Positions 17,035-26,100 of a DNA stretch of 64,000 nt are shown in pieces. The position numbers were made by a program, and so were the translations under genes. Numbering within the stretch: position 1 is the first letter of the stretch; each line of letters begins with the position of its first letter. Location: positions 19,747-83,746 of the forward strand of contig JABMNL010000023.1 in assembly GCA_013204585.1 (NCBI GenBank), given 5' to 3'. This DNA is from SAR202 cluster bacterium (GTDB lineage Bacteria; Chloroflexota; Dehalococcoidia; Lucifugimonadales; UBA3495). The notes under the pieces were generated by a model. It made no database searches, was not told the DNA's origin, and saw nothing but the letters and a program-made list of their open reading frames with translations.

Positions 17035-18117
17035 ATGCACTACGGCCTAATAATGGAATGCGATTACCGCTACGGCCATTCCGAGCAAGAAGCCTTTGAC
17101 GAGGCCTTTGCCATGGCGGATGCCGCCGAGAACGGCGGCTTGGACGGAGTGTGGTTGGCAGAGCGTCACTTCGCCGCGCCCCGGGCTCCCTTGGACGCCA
17201 TGGGAGCAGGTATACCGTCTGTGGTGTCGGCCCCATTAATTATTTCTACCGCTATTGTGGCTCGAACCGAGCGTTTGCGGGTGGGTGTGGCCGTGAACGT
17301 GCTTCCTCTCAGTCATCCCATAAAAATGGCAGAAGAGGTTGCCACGCTGGACCAGATTAGCAAAGGCCGGGTCGACTTCGGCGTTGGTCGCAGCGGGTTC
17401 ATGAGGGCCTACGAGGGGTATGACATACCCTACGCTGAGAGCAGGGAGCGTTTCCAAGAGAACCTGGAAATTATTCTGGCGGCGTGGACCAACGAGCGGT
17501 TTTCTTACGAGGGTGAAAACTACAAGTTAAACGATGTTTGTGTGGTTCCAAAGCCATACCAGAAACCCCACCCGCCCCTACGGATGGCCGCCACCACCAA
17601 GGAAACCTTCCCCCAGGTGGGGAAATTGGGCTATCCCATCTTCGTCGGTCTAAGGGGGCTCGACCGTCCCGATCTGGTCAAGCTTCTAGATGACTACCGC
17701 GAAGCGTGGAAAACTGCCGGTCATGCCGGGAACGGAGACGTTTACCTGCGCATTCCGGTCTACGTCGCCGCGTCGCAAGACGAGGCCTACGCGGACGCCG
17801 AAGAAAGCACGATGCGATCTTACCGGCGTATGGCCCAGAACTTTGCCAATTCGGCATCTGCCGCCGGTGCCGTTGCTTCTGAAGACCGGGCTGCCCGTGG
17901 TCAAGCCTTGGCCGCCGTCACCTACCAAGACTTGATTCGTGACCGCTTGGCCTATGGTAGTCCCGAAGGCGTGGCCAGTCAGTTGAAATCGATTACCGAG
18001 GAATTGGGCCTTTCGGGCATCGTCGCCGAGACCAACGTCGGCGGGCTGATACCCAGGCAGAAGGTAGTTCAGTCCATAGACCTTTTCTGCAAAGAGGTTG
18101 TGCCAGCCCTCAGATAA
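17035..18117 (+). CDS. LLM-class (luciferase-like) flavin-dependent oxidoreductase
   Basis: AGGAGG RBS, DGVWLAERHF, GRVDFGVGRSG, and about 360 aa. Confidence 0.85.
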   Translation: MHYGLIMECDYRYGHSEQEAFDEAFAMADAAENGGLDGVWLAERHFAAPRAPLDAMGAGIPSVVSAPLIISTAIVARTERLRVGVAVNVLPLSHPIKMAEEVATLDQISKGRVDFGVGRSGFMRAYEGYDIPYAESRERFQENLEIILAAWTNERFSYEGENYKLNDVCVVPKPYQKPHPPLRMAATTKETFPQVGKLGYPIFVGLRGLDRPDLVKLLDDYREAWKTAGHAGNGDVYLRIPVYVAASQDEAYADAEESTMRSYRRMAQNFANSASAAGAVASEDRAARGQALAAVTYQDLIRDRLAYGSPEGVASQLKSITEELGLSGIVAETNVGGLIPRQKVVQSIDLFCKEVVPALR

Positions 18118-18244
18118 GAGTAGTACCAGCGTTTAGTTGAAAGTTGTGCCAGCCCTCAGATAAGAGTAGTACCAGCGTTTAGTTGAAGGTTGTGCCAGCC
18201 CTCAGATAAGAGTTGTGCAGGTAGTTTAAGTTAGCCCTTAGATA
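18097..18244. repeat. 46-bp tandem repeat (about 3 copies) that begins inside the last 7 codons of the LLM gene
   Basis: The unit gttgtgccagccctcagataagagtagtaccagcgtttagttgaa(a/g) occurs at 18097, 18143 and 18189. Copies 1 and 2 are 45/46 identical, copy 3 diverges after 24 nt, and a remnant agcccttagata lies at 18233-18244. Each copy re-encodes VVPALR-stop. Confidence 0.95.
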
Positions 18245-18262
18245 CGGGTTAGGTCGGCCAAC

Positions 18263-19006
18263 TTAAAGCTGGGGCAGCACGTAATTGTCGATGGCGACGG
18301 CCAGGCCGTCGTCTTCGACAGTGGGGGCCACAAAATCGACGACCGCCTTGACCGCTTCTGGGGCGGCGCCCATGGCGATGCTAAACCCGCAGGCTTCCAG
18401 CATGGGCAGGTCGTTGTAGCTGTCACCTGCCGCCACAATGTTTGCTGGCTTCACGCCCAGCGTTTTCCCCACTCGGGCAACCCCAGTGGCCTTGTCTACC
18501 CCGGCCATTGTGAAGTCCACTGCCCACAGACCGTTGTAAGGCAGTATCGCCTTAATCACGTGCATCTGTTTATTGCCGTGGAAACTTTCGGCCAGAGCAT
18601 TGGCGGTCGCTTCACTCATGTCCAACGCGGAAACCCGAATAAGGTCCCAATTTGGCACGTCGTCAAAGGTGCTGGCGGTCCCGCTGGCGTGGGTGGCGAC
18701 GAATGCCGAGCCCATCTCCCTAAGTTTGGTAACCACCATTTCTGCGTTGGCTGGGCCCAACCGAGTTGACCAGACCGACACCCCACGTACCGGATCCAGT
18801 ATGTTTGCGCCGCCGTCGGATATTTGGGGAGTCGTCAGGCCCAGTTCCCTGGAATACCGCAACACATCGTCCGGTTCCCGCCCGGTGGCAATGAACACCG
18901 GCATGTGGCCAGCCAGCCGGGCGATGGCTTCTTTGACTGCTGGGGATATCTTTTCGTCGGGGCCGATAATGGTGCCGTCTAAGTCCAGTGTCGCCGCCAG
19001 GATCAT
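18263..19006 (-). CDS. HAD-IIB (Cof-type) phosphatase
   Basis: TLDLDGTIIGPDE (motif I), IATGRE and AAGDSYNDLPMLE (motif IV). Confidence 0.85.
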   Translation of the reverse strand: MILAATLDLDGTIIGPDEKISPAVKEAIARLAGHMPVFIATGREPDDVLRYSRELGLTTPQISDGGANILDPVRGVSVWSTRLGPANAEMVVTKLREMGSAFVATHASGTASTFDDVPNWDLIRVSALDMSEATANALAESFHGNKQMHVIKAILPYNGLWAVDFTMAGVDKATGVARVGKTLGVKPANIVAAGDSYNDLPMLEACGFSIAMGAAPEAVKAVVDFVAPTVEDDGLAVAIDNYVLPQL

Positions 19007-19066
19007 TGCAAACCTCGGGCCTTGTAATGGCCCCAGTGGGGAATCTAAAAAGGGCCTAAAAATCAG

Positions 19067-19094
19067 TTAGAGAGGGAGTCGACTCCCTCTCTAA
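19067..19094 (-). terminator. palindromic hairpin downstream of the VOC gene
   Basis: ttagagagggagtcgactccctctctaa, a near-perfect palindrome with no strong U-run. Confidence 0.45.
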
Positions 19095-19145
19095 CATTGG
19101 TTGCGTTGTTACCCGTTCACTAGAACGGGGCTTTCGGACTCCAGA

Positions 19146-19601
19146 CTAGTCGAAGACTAGCTCGGTGTTCTTGCGCTCTGGGCTGCGCATGATGGCCAGA
19201 CCGTCTTCGGCATTTTCTTGGGAGTTGCAGTACAACTCGATGCCGTTGCCTTCGGGGTCCTTGAGGTAGATGCTCTTGGTCATGCCGTGGTCAGTCGTCC
19301 GCAGTTCGTCGGTCTCGAAATACGACTGCAGTTTGTGGTAGTACTCCGTGAGCTCTTCGAAGTCGGCAACTTCGATGGCCATGTGATTAAGACCGACATC
19401 GCCGTCAGCCGTGGGGGCTGCGCCCTCGGGAGCCTGGAATATGGCGAGGTCGTGGTGCATCTCACCGGCGGTCAGGAAAGTCCCGAAACCGGGGCGTTCC
19501 AGGGCGATTTCGAAGCCAATGACGTCGGTGTAGAACTTGGTGGCCGCGTCCAAATCCTTGGCATTGATAACCAGGTGTCCAATCCTCTTGGGTCTTGCCA
19601 T
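19146..19601 (-). CDS. VOC family protein (glyoxalase / extradiol dioxygenase-like)
   Basis: IGHLVINAKDLDAATKFYTDVIGFE and LNHMAIEVADFEEL. Confidence 0.8.
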   Translation of the reverse strand: MARPKRIGHLVINAKDLDAATKFYTDVIGFEIALERPGFGTFLTAGEMHHDLAIFQAPEGAAPTADGDVGLNHMAIEVADFEELTEYYHKLQSYFETDELRTTDHGMTKSIYLKDPEGNGIELYCNSQENAEDGLAIMRSPERKNTELVFD

Positions 19602-19932
19602 ATCTGTCCTCCTAAACCTTCCATATCGCTTTGGAATACAGGTACCGAATATTGATAATCAGTATGCCGAATACTATACCGTTTCAATCGCCAAATTCCA
19701 AGTGGAACATGGCGTCCGGGAGGGAACTAACAGTGGGGCAGCACGCCTAGTTCCATACTCCACCGGCCATCTGGCCCGGAAAATGAGCCCCCTTTGGCGG
19801 TTCAGCCAGGGCCGCTTGCCCATTTTGAAGCGAGAATAGGCTCTCTAGAATGTAATAGGGCTGCTGCATCAAATGGCTGGCGTCCGGCAGTGGTCATTCA
19901 TGGGGAAAACGCTTTGGGAATGGGGAAATAAG

Positions 19933-20838
19933 ATGTACAAACGTATTCTGGTGCCTTTGGATGGTTCACCTTTGGGCGACCGGGTACTCCCATACGTGCG
20001 GATACTAGGCAAGAAACTTGGGGCCAAAGTCGAACTCTTCCGGGTTTTCGACCCGCAGCCCGAGTTCTTTTTCCCTGATGCGTTCGAGTTCCAGGAGCGG
20101 CATGATGCCTCGGAACACTACCGAGAAGAGGTCATGACTGGCTTGGGCAAGGCCAAGATTCGCTTGGAGGAGGCTGGAATTGCCGCCACGGCGGTTATGC
20201 ACGGCCCCGACGTGACACCATTGGAAAAGCCGAACCCCGGAGGCGGCAAAAATACCCACACTTATAGCACTCCGGCAGAGCACATTGTGCTGGAATCGGA
20301 GAAAGAAGAAGACACGTTAATTGTCATGTCCACCCACGGACGTTCGGGGCTTGGCCGGTGGGTGATGGGCAGCGTTACTGACAAAGTTCTGCATGCAACC
20401 AACAAGCCGCTGCTCATCATTCGGGCCGAGGGCAACGATGCGACTTTGGACGGCGCTATGGGGCATATCATCGTCCCCCTTGATGGGTCGGAGTTGTCGG
20501 AGGGCATTTTGCCCCACGCCATCGCGCTGGCCAAAGCCCTAGAGGCGAAGGTATGCCTGGTGCGGGCAAAGCCCGACGCCAAAGATGACGCCGACGAGCG
20601 CGAGCATCTGGAACGGCTGGCGAAGAGAATCCGGGATGAGGGTGTTTCTGAGGTTGAGGAAGTGGTGCTGAGCGGTGACCCAGCCACCGCCATAGTAGAC
20701 CTGACCCACGAATACCCGGATGCCCTGGTGGCGATGACCACCCATGGTCGCTCTGGACTTGGCCGTTGGCTGATGGGCAGCGTGGCCGACCGGGTCGTGC
20801 GTCACGCCGCCGGTCCGGTGTTGGTTCTCAGGGGCTGA
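19933..20838 (+). CDS. tandem-domain universal stress protein
   Basis: Two UspA modules, each ending in the ATP-binding-type motif (MSTHGRSGLGRWVMGSVTDKVL and MTTHGRSGLGRWLMGSVADRVV). Start moved to ATG 19933 (MYKRILVPLDGS). Confidence 0.85.
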   Translation: MYKRILVPLDGSPLGDRVLPYVRILGKKLGAKVELFRVFDPQPEFFFPDAFEFQERHDASEHYREEVMTGLGKAKIRLEEAGIAATAVMHGPDVTPLEKPNPGGGKNTHTYSTPAEHIVLESEKEEDTLIVMSTHGRSGLGRWVMGSVTDKVLHATNKPLLIIRAEGNDATLDGAMGHIIVPLDGSELSEGILPHAIALAKALEAKVCLVRAKPDAKDDADEREHLERLAKRIRDEGVSEVEEVVLSGDPATAIVDLTHEYPDALVAMTTHGRSGLGRWLMGSVADRVVRHAAGPVLVLRG

Positions 20839-20863
20839 ATGTAAGTAATCGAATCCGACACAC

Positions 20864-20896
20864 GTAGGGGCGTCCCGACGCGTCGGGACGCCCCTA
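20864..20896. terminator. type-A GC-rich hairpin (GTAGGGGCGTCCCGA...) between convergent genes
   Basis: gtaggggcgtcccgacgcgtcgggacgcccctac. Member of the hairpin family described in the findings. Confidence 0.65.
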
Positions 20897-20905
20897 CAAA
20901 CTGTG

Positions 20906-21157
20906 TTAACCCCATAATGCTCCGGTCAAATAATACCCGGTCACGGCTAGCAGGACGCTGGCGATTACGCCAAGCATTCCCCCGAGACGGTTCTCTTTGG
21001 CCACGGCGGCTATGCCCGCCAGAATGCCCAGTGGGCCGAACACGACCGGGGCCACTGCCAGGGACACCAACGCCATTGCAAAGCTAATCGCGCTGAACCA
21101 TCGACCAAGTATAATCTTATGCACCGTTGGCACCCGTGCCACCCATTTGAGTACCAC
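20906..21157 (-). CDS. small two-TM membrane protein (hypothetical)
   Basis: 83 aa with two clear hydrophobic helices (FAMALVSLAVAPVVFGPLGILAGIAAV and MLGVIASVLLAVTGYYL). Confidence 0.45.
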   Translation of the reverse strand: MVLKWVARVPTVHKIILGRWFSAISFAMALVSLAVAPVVFGPLGILAGIAAVAKENRLGGMLGVIASVLLAVTGYYLTGALWG

Positions 21158-21423
21158 ACCTCTAGGGTCAGAGGATGATGAACGGTAAGCTACGTAGCAA
21201 GCTTGCCGTTTTCCCCAGCGTATCTTTTTATATTAGATAGTATTAACCCAGTTATTATCAGTATTAACTGCTGAATTGGTAAGTAAATGGATTAATGCGT
21301 TCAGGCTGGTACCGTTTCCCAAATGGTTGTGGTATGTTACCGGCGTCTTCCAGACCCCAGGAAAATAGGTTTATTTTCGCCTGTAATTGTTGTTAGCAAG
21401 CTAGTCATTTGTAGGAGAAGCGC

Positions 21424-22530
21424 ATGAAAGGCCGAGTGGTAGTCTGCAAGGAATACGGCAAACCCTTTGTGATTGAAGAATATGAGGTTCCCGAGCCTGC
21501 TCCCGGTGCAGTCATCCTCCGTATGACCCAAGCAGGAGTCTGCGGTTCGGACCTCCACACTTGGCGCGGCGACCAGAACAACCGCGACCTGCCAATCCCG
21601 CCCACGGGTCGGGCCATGGGACACGAGGGCACCGGAGTGGTGGAGCAACTGGGCGACGGTATCGAAACCGATACCGCTGGAGCGCCCATCAAGAAGGGAG
21701 ACCGGGTGGTCTACGCCGCCGTCTTTCCCTGTTACCACTGCCGCCAATGCCTCAAGGGCAACACCAACTGGTGCATGAACCGGGCCTATCCCGCCGCCGG
21801 TGTGTGGCCCTACTTCACCGCTACCTACTCTGATTACCTATACTTGCCCGCCCGCCATCCATTCTTCAAGGTGCCAGACGAACTGGACGACAACATTTTG
21901 GGGCCGGTGAACTGCGCCATGGGCACGGTCACCACCGGACTAATCCGGGCACAGGCAGGCGAGGGCGACTACGTAGTAATACAGGGCGCTGGCGGCCTGG
22001 GCATCCACGCCACCGCCATGGCCAAAGAGATGGGCGCAGACCGGGTAATCGTCATCGATCGCCTGGAAAACCGTCTGCAATTGGCCGAGGAATTCGGCGC
22101 TGACCACACCATCAACATCGAAGAATTCAACACTCCCGAGACCAGGCTTCGCCGGGTTAGAGAACTGACCGACGGCCGGGGCGCGGACGTGGTGATGGAG
22201 TTGGTAGGCCGGGCCGAACTGCTGGCCGAGGGCATCGACATGCTGAGCAATGGCGGCACATTTGTCGAGATTGGCGACATAGTTAGGGGCCGGGAGGTGG
22301 CCATCGACCCCTCCAAACTGCTAACCGGCAAGAATATTGTCGGCTCGCTCATGTACAAGCCGGAATTGCTGCCCAGATTGTTGAACTTCCTGGTTCGGAA
22401 GAAGGATGTTTTGCCCTTCCACAAAATTGTCTCCCACCAATTTCCGCTGGCCGAGGTCAACGACGCCTTCGCCCAGGCTGAATGGGATCAAAGTCAGACT
22501 CCCATCACCAGGGCGATGCTAGTTCCCTAG
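21424..22530 (+). CDS. zinc-dependent medium-chain alcohol dehydrogenase family
   Basis: GVCGSDLHTWRG, GHEGTGVVEQLG, the structural-Zn Cys cluster CYHCRQCLKGNTNWC, and a GAGGLG Rossmann motif. Confidence 0.88.
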   Translation: MKGRVVVCKEYGKPFVIEEYEVPEPAPGAVILRMTQAGVCGSDLHTWRGDQNNRDLPIPPTGRAMGHEGTGVVEQLGDGIETDTAGAPIKKGDRVVYAAVFPCYHCRQCLKGNTNWCMNRAYPAAGVWPYFTATYSDYLYLPARHPFFKVPDELDDNILGPVNCAMGTVTTGLIRAQAGEGDYVVIQGAGGLGIHATAMAKEMGADRVIVIDRLENRLQLAEEFGADHTINIEEFNTPETRLRRVRELTDGRGADVVMELVGRAELLAEGIDMLSNGGTFVEIGDIVRGREVAIDPSKLLTGKNIVGSLMYKPELLPRLLNFLVRKKDVLPFHKIVSHQFPLAEVNDAFAQAEWDQSQTPITRAMLVP

Positions 22531-22578
22531 GTTCTAGACCGCTAGATTTTCTCGCATACCATTCAATTAGTTGGGAGG

Positions 22579-23826
22579 ATGGCGATGGTGGCGAAAAAAG
22601 AACAGCCGCCGGTCCTGATTGAACCGAGGGAAGACCTAGTTCAGGCTGCTCAGAAAGTTGCTGTTCGGATAGCGGAACGAGCTTCCGAGGCTGACCGCCA
22701 GCGCCGGGTGCCGGTGGAGAACATTCAGGACTTGCACCAAGCCGGAATGCTGTCTGTTGCCATTCCCAAAGAACTGGGCGGGACCGAAGCCGACCTGGTA
22801 ACTCAGGTCGCGGTCTACGAGATTATCGGCGGCGCCTGCGCGTCCACCGCCTGGGTCATGGGCAACCACTCAGTGCTCTGCACTCGGGCGCTGGGCATGA
22901 TGGGCGAGGCCGCGCATCCGCTGCTCCGGGATGTGGTCGAAAACGGTGCTCTAATATCCCACGCCGCAATCCCCGGTGGAGATACCAAGGCGGCACCCGG
23001 CGGGTTCGTATCTTCTGGTCGCTGGCCCTTCGTCAGCGGGTCGAACCTATCCACCTGGATTTTTCTTAGCACATTGGTTGCTGGCCCGCCGCCCAACTGG
23101 AACGGGCCAGGGTCTGGACCCGTACCGCCCAAAACCCACAACCGCTGGCTCATGCTGCCCGCCGACCAACGGGGAATGACCATCGAAGAGACCTGGATGT
23201 CCATGTCGGCCCGTGGTTCCATGACCAACGATGTGCTCCTTGATGATGTCTTTATTGCCGAGGATATGGCTCCGGTGGAATACCGCCCCGCTCCCCACAT
23301 GCCTTGGCTGCCCAACGGCCCAGCGGCCCTCAAGGTTCCCACCAAGGCCAGAGTCTGGATGTCGGGCATGATGCTGGGCATTGCCCAAGCGGCTTTGGAC
23401 GAGACAATTGAGTTTGGCAAAGCTCGCACCATGACTCTGGGGGGTATACCCAGGAGCAGCATGCCAGGCAATCAGTTCGCCGTGGCCGACGCCGCCATGG
23501 CCATCGAGTCGGGCCGGGCGTTCTTGCTCCAAGAGGTCCGTTCCATCACCAACAAGGCCATCGCGGGCGAAGATTTTGTCCCCAATGACGCGTCCCGCAT
23601 GGAGATGGCCGGTCTGGTGGCTAGGGAGAACGCTCAAAAAGCAGTGGACCGGCTCTTTGCGGTCAGGGGCGCTCACGGACTGTTTGAGAGCGACAACTTT
23701 GAGCGTTACTACCGGGACGTCCGCATGGGCACACTCCACGCGGTAAGCGCCCCCGACTTGGTGCGCGAGCAGGTCGGTAAACACCTTTTCGACATTCCGT
23801 TGGATGTACAACCCCGCTGGGCTTAG
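22579..23826 (+). CDS. acyl-CoA dehydrogenase-fold protein (type-2 ACAD / flavin monooxygenase-like)
   Basis: ERASEADRQRRVPVENIQDLHQAGMLSVAIPKELGG and C-terminal FERYYRDVRMGTLH. Confidence 0.75.
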   Translation: MAMVAKKEQPPVLIEPREDLVQAAQKVAVRIAERASEADRQRRVPVENIQDLHQAGMLSVAIPKELGGTEADLVTQVAVYEIIGGACASTAWVMGNHSVLCTRALGMMGEAAHPLLRDVVENGALISHAAIPGGDTKAAPGGFVSSGRWPFVSGSNLSTWIFLSTLVAGPPPNWNGPGSGPVPPKTHNRWLMLPADQRGMTIEETWMSMSARGSMTNDVLLDDVFIAEDMAPVEYRPAPHMPWLPNGPAALKVPTKARVWMSGMMLGIAQAALDETIEFGKARTMTLGGIPRSSMPGNQFAVADAAMAIESGRAFLLQEVRSITNKAIAGEDFVPNDASRMEMAGLVARENAQKAVDRLFAVRGAHGLFESDNFERYYRDVRMGTLHAVSAPDLVREQVGKHLFDIPLDVQPRWA

Positions 23827-23867
23827 AGCCCCCGCTGGATATAGAGCGACGCCGTAAGCAAAAAATA

Positions 23868-23900
23868 AAGCCCCTTCTCTCAGAAACGAGAAGGGGCTTT
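23868..23900. terminator. bidirectional hairpin between convergent genes
   Basis: 13-bp stem aaagccccttctc / gagaaggggcttt, flanked by A-rich and T-rich runs. Confidence 0.7.
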
Positions 23901-23920
23901 ATAGTTACAGAGGTTTGAAG

Positions 23921-24064
23921 CTAGTCTGAAGAAGGCAGCTTGCGGGGTTCTTGAATTTCCATGACTGCGTTGCAGCAGATAATCTCGCCCTCGCCGCTCT
24001 TAGTGCAGAGCACGCTACTGCCACACTTTTCACATAAGTAGCGCTTGCCGAGTTGGTTGGCCAT
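23921..24064 (-). CDS. desulforedoxin-like mini-protein 1 (47 aa)
   Basis: Not in the ORF track because it is under 60 aa. ATG 24064 follows a GGAGG RBS. Sequence: MANQLGKRYLCEKCGSSVLCTKSGEGEIICCNAVMEIQEPRKLPSSD, with C-x2-C-x15-CC spacing as in desulforedoxin. Confidence 0.75.
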   Translation of the reverse strand: MANQLGKRYLCEKCGSSVLCTKSGEGEIICCNAVMEIQEPRKLPSSD

Positions 24065-24143
24065 TGGAGGAGCCTCCGTGGTTGGTATCTGGGTAGATTT
24101 TGGGAATGCGTGGCCGGATAAGCCGAAAGTCTACTTAAGCCTT

Positions 24144-24260
24144 TTACTTTAATTCCATAGGCGTCTTGCAGCAGGCAATTGCGCCTTCTCCGCCCTTGGT
24201 TACTATGAACTCCGACCCGCACTGGGTGCATACGTAGCGTTTGCCGGTCTGGTTGGCCAA
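24144..24260 (-). CDS. desulforedoxin-like mini-protein 2 (38 aa)
   Basis: Not in the ORF track. TTG 24260 has a GGAG RBS 8 nt upstream. Sequence: MANQTGKRYVCTQCGSEFIVTKGGEGAIACCKTPMELK, which closely resembles the Desulfovibrio gigas desulforedoxin as I remember it (VYKCELCGQVVKV..GGGTLVCCGEDM). Confidence 0.75.
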   Translation of the reverse strand: MANQTGKRYVCTQCGSEFIVTKGGEGAIACCKTPMELK

Positions 24261-24409
24261 CTGCTCAGCTCCAATAATGGGAATGTGTCTAATAGGTGCA
24301 CGCTTGGACTCGCCCCGATTATAGCCAAGCCAGATAGGGGATTCAACACGGAGGGCCGATGATTTAAGGATGGGCCGATGAATTAATAGAAGCCTGGTTG
24401 GGGAAAGGG

Positions 24410-24889
24410 CTATGGAGTTTCGGACTCAGGCGCCGTTTCTGACTTGTTGGACTCGGCCTTGAATCGGACCAAGAAGCTGGCTTCGCCCACTGGAATGCCG
24501 TCGAAGAGGATGGCCGCCGAATGCACGCCAGGTTCTTGCACGGGGATTCGGAAGGTCTTAATCCAACGCTGGAACAATATTCCATCTTCCCATTCCACCT
24601 TTTGGGCTGGTGGGGTTTCTAGAGGAATGCCCGGCGTCTTTAATGTTACGAACAGGTAGTGGTCGCCAGGCTCAACACCACCGATGCAGAAGGCCAGGTT
24701 AACGTCCACGGTGGCAAGAACCGGGTCGTTGGCATCGGCAGAACCGTCGGGTTCGGGTAGCTCAAGCAGGTCAATGATACCGCTGAGACTGAGGTCACCG
24801 CCGTCTTCTTCTTTCGTGTCTCTGCAAAACACGGCGTATTTTAGATATGGGTCGTTGGCTGCACCGGCCAAATTAGCGCCTCCCATCAC
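24410..24889 (-). CDS. hypothetical protein
   Basis: 159-aa ORF with coding-like composition, an acidic C-terminal tail and no motif I can assign. Confidence 0.45.
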   Translation of the reverse strand: MMGGANLAGAANDPYLKYAVFCRDTKEEDGGDLSLSGIIDLLELPEPDGSADANDPVLATVDVNLAFCIGGVEPGDHYLFVTLKTPGIPLETPPAQKVEWEDGILFQRWIKTFRIPVQEPGVHSAAILFDGIPVGEASFLVRFKAESNKSETAPESETP

Positions 24890-25033
24890 CGATGTTAAGC
24901 ACCGGAAAATTGGTTAAGCAATTCTAGCATGGCACTTGGTTACGGAAAACGTAGAACTGAGGCAGTTTTTGCTAGCCCATTGCCAATCGCGGTCAATATT
25001 GAGAAACTAGCTGCGTAATATTGAGGCTAGGGG

Positions 25034-25687
25034 GTGGCCGAAGTGGCATCGGCCCAAGACATTCAACTAAATCGGAAAAAATTCGACCAAGGGATGACCT
25101 CTCAGCAATATATCGACCAGATTAAGGTCAACAAAGACCCATTCGTGGCGATATACGAGACGGTCCAGGTACCCGCCGAATTACTGAGTGTGTTCAATGG
25201 TCTGAGCGAACCTTTGAACTTGGCTGTGTTCACTGCTGACTGGTGCGGTGACGCCATGAGCACCACGCCAGTGATTTTGAAATTGGCCGACAGCACCCCG
25301 AACATCTCTCTTCAGGTTTTTAACCGGGACGACGAACTGGAACTGAGCAACAGCTTGCTGCCAGAGCATCGGGCGGGAACCGTTCCCATCTTTGTGGTGA
25401 TGGACAAGGCCATGAACCAGGCAGTTCGCTTTATCGAGACTGCAAGCTCCTTAGTGCCGAATATTGATGCCATGGACGCGGCCATTGAGCAAGAAACAGC
25501 GGGACTGAGCGAGGCCGATCAGCGTCGAGTGCGGCGGGGCCGTCGAACGTCCTATAGGGTGGAACGCGCCCAGGAATGGGGTGAAGTAATTCTGAAAGAA
25601 TTTAGCGGCCTGGTGGCGGATGCCCTGGCCGGGAGTCCCCAAGACCGGCCAATTTACGGTGGCACCAAGTGGCCGCCCGAAGACTGA
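25034..25687 (+). CDS. thioredoxin-fold protein with single-Cys WCGD site
   Basis: GTG start. LAVFTADWCGDAMSTTPVILKL sits where a thioredoxin WCxxC motif would be, but the second Cys is replaced. Confidence 0.5.
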   Translation: MAEVASAQDIQLNRKKFDQGMTSQQYIDQIKVNKDPFVAIYETVQVPAELLSVFNGLSEPLNLAVFTADWCGDAMSTTPVILKLADSTPNISLQVFNRDDELELSNSLLPEHRAGTVPIFVVMDKAMNQAVRFIETASSLVPNIDAMDAAIEQETAGLSEADQRRVRRGRRTSYRVERAQEWGEVILKEFSGLVADALAGSPQDRPIYGGTKWPPED

Positions 25688-25779
25688 TTAAAATAATTAG
25701 CGTAACCAACACAAGCGGAACCAAATGTCCGCCTGTGGACTAGCTCTTACCACAGGAAAATCGTTCTGAGAGGCGGGTA

Positions 25780-26091
25780 ATGGCTGAAGAAGTCATCGGA
25801 ATGGAAGACATGGCGGCAATCTTTGAGGTGACCGACGCCTTGGGGATACACCGCGAGCTGGTCCGGGTCGAACTCACAAGGGAAGACCCTGGTTCCATTC
25901 AGAAGGTAGGAAACGGCATCGTCGAGATTACGGTGCCGGCCAACGAGTCCACCGAGATATTTTGCCGCCGGTTGCGGATTGACCTAGAGGCGATGGGCTA
26001 CGAGCCGTCGGACTCCATCTTTGGCTACGATGACGACGACGAAGAAGAAGATGACACCTTTCGTCGTCCCAGCAACCAGACTCTCGAATAA
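25780..26091 (+). CDS. hypothetical acidic protein
   Basis: 103 aa with a C-terminal poly-acidic run YDDDDEEEDD and no recognisable domain. Confidence 0.4.
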   Translation: MAEEVIGMEDMAAIFEVTDALGIHRELVRVELTREDPGSIQKVGNGIVEITVPANESTEIFCRRLRIDLEAMGYEPSDSIFGYDDDDEEEDDTFRRPSNQTLE

Positions 26092-26100
26092 CCCGCAGGT

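Noticed and set aside
16600-17040. 146-aa minus-strand ORF across the PIG-L / LLM divergent intergenic region
   Set aside because: It overlaps the PIG-L 5' end out of frame, is rich in Arg/Pro/Ser, and has no RBS. The 300-bp region does contain small hairpins, such as gcccag...ctgggc near 16815. I could not match it to any riboswitch or sRNA class.
18097-18244. Possible CRISPR array
   Set aside because: The copies are contiguous tandem repeats with no unique spacers. They begin inside a coding sequence, and no cas genes are present in the window.
22815-23811. 218-aa and 254-aa minus-strand ORFs
   Set aside because: Both are antisense to the acyl-CoA dehydrogenase-fold gene and have no motifs.
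23905-24231. 108-aa minus-strand ORF
   Set aside because: It has Arg/Ser/Ala-rich nonsense composition. It spans two short RBS-preceded desulforedoxin-like genes that read in other frames of the same strand.
25030-25044. Exact 15-mer gggggtggccgaagt shared with 62564-62578, in both cases overlapping a translation start region
   Set aside because: One or a few 15-nt matches are roughly what chance predicts across both strands of 64 kb. The start codons fall in different registers relative to the shared string.
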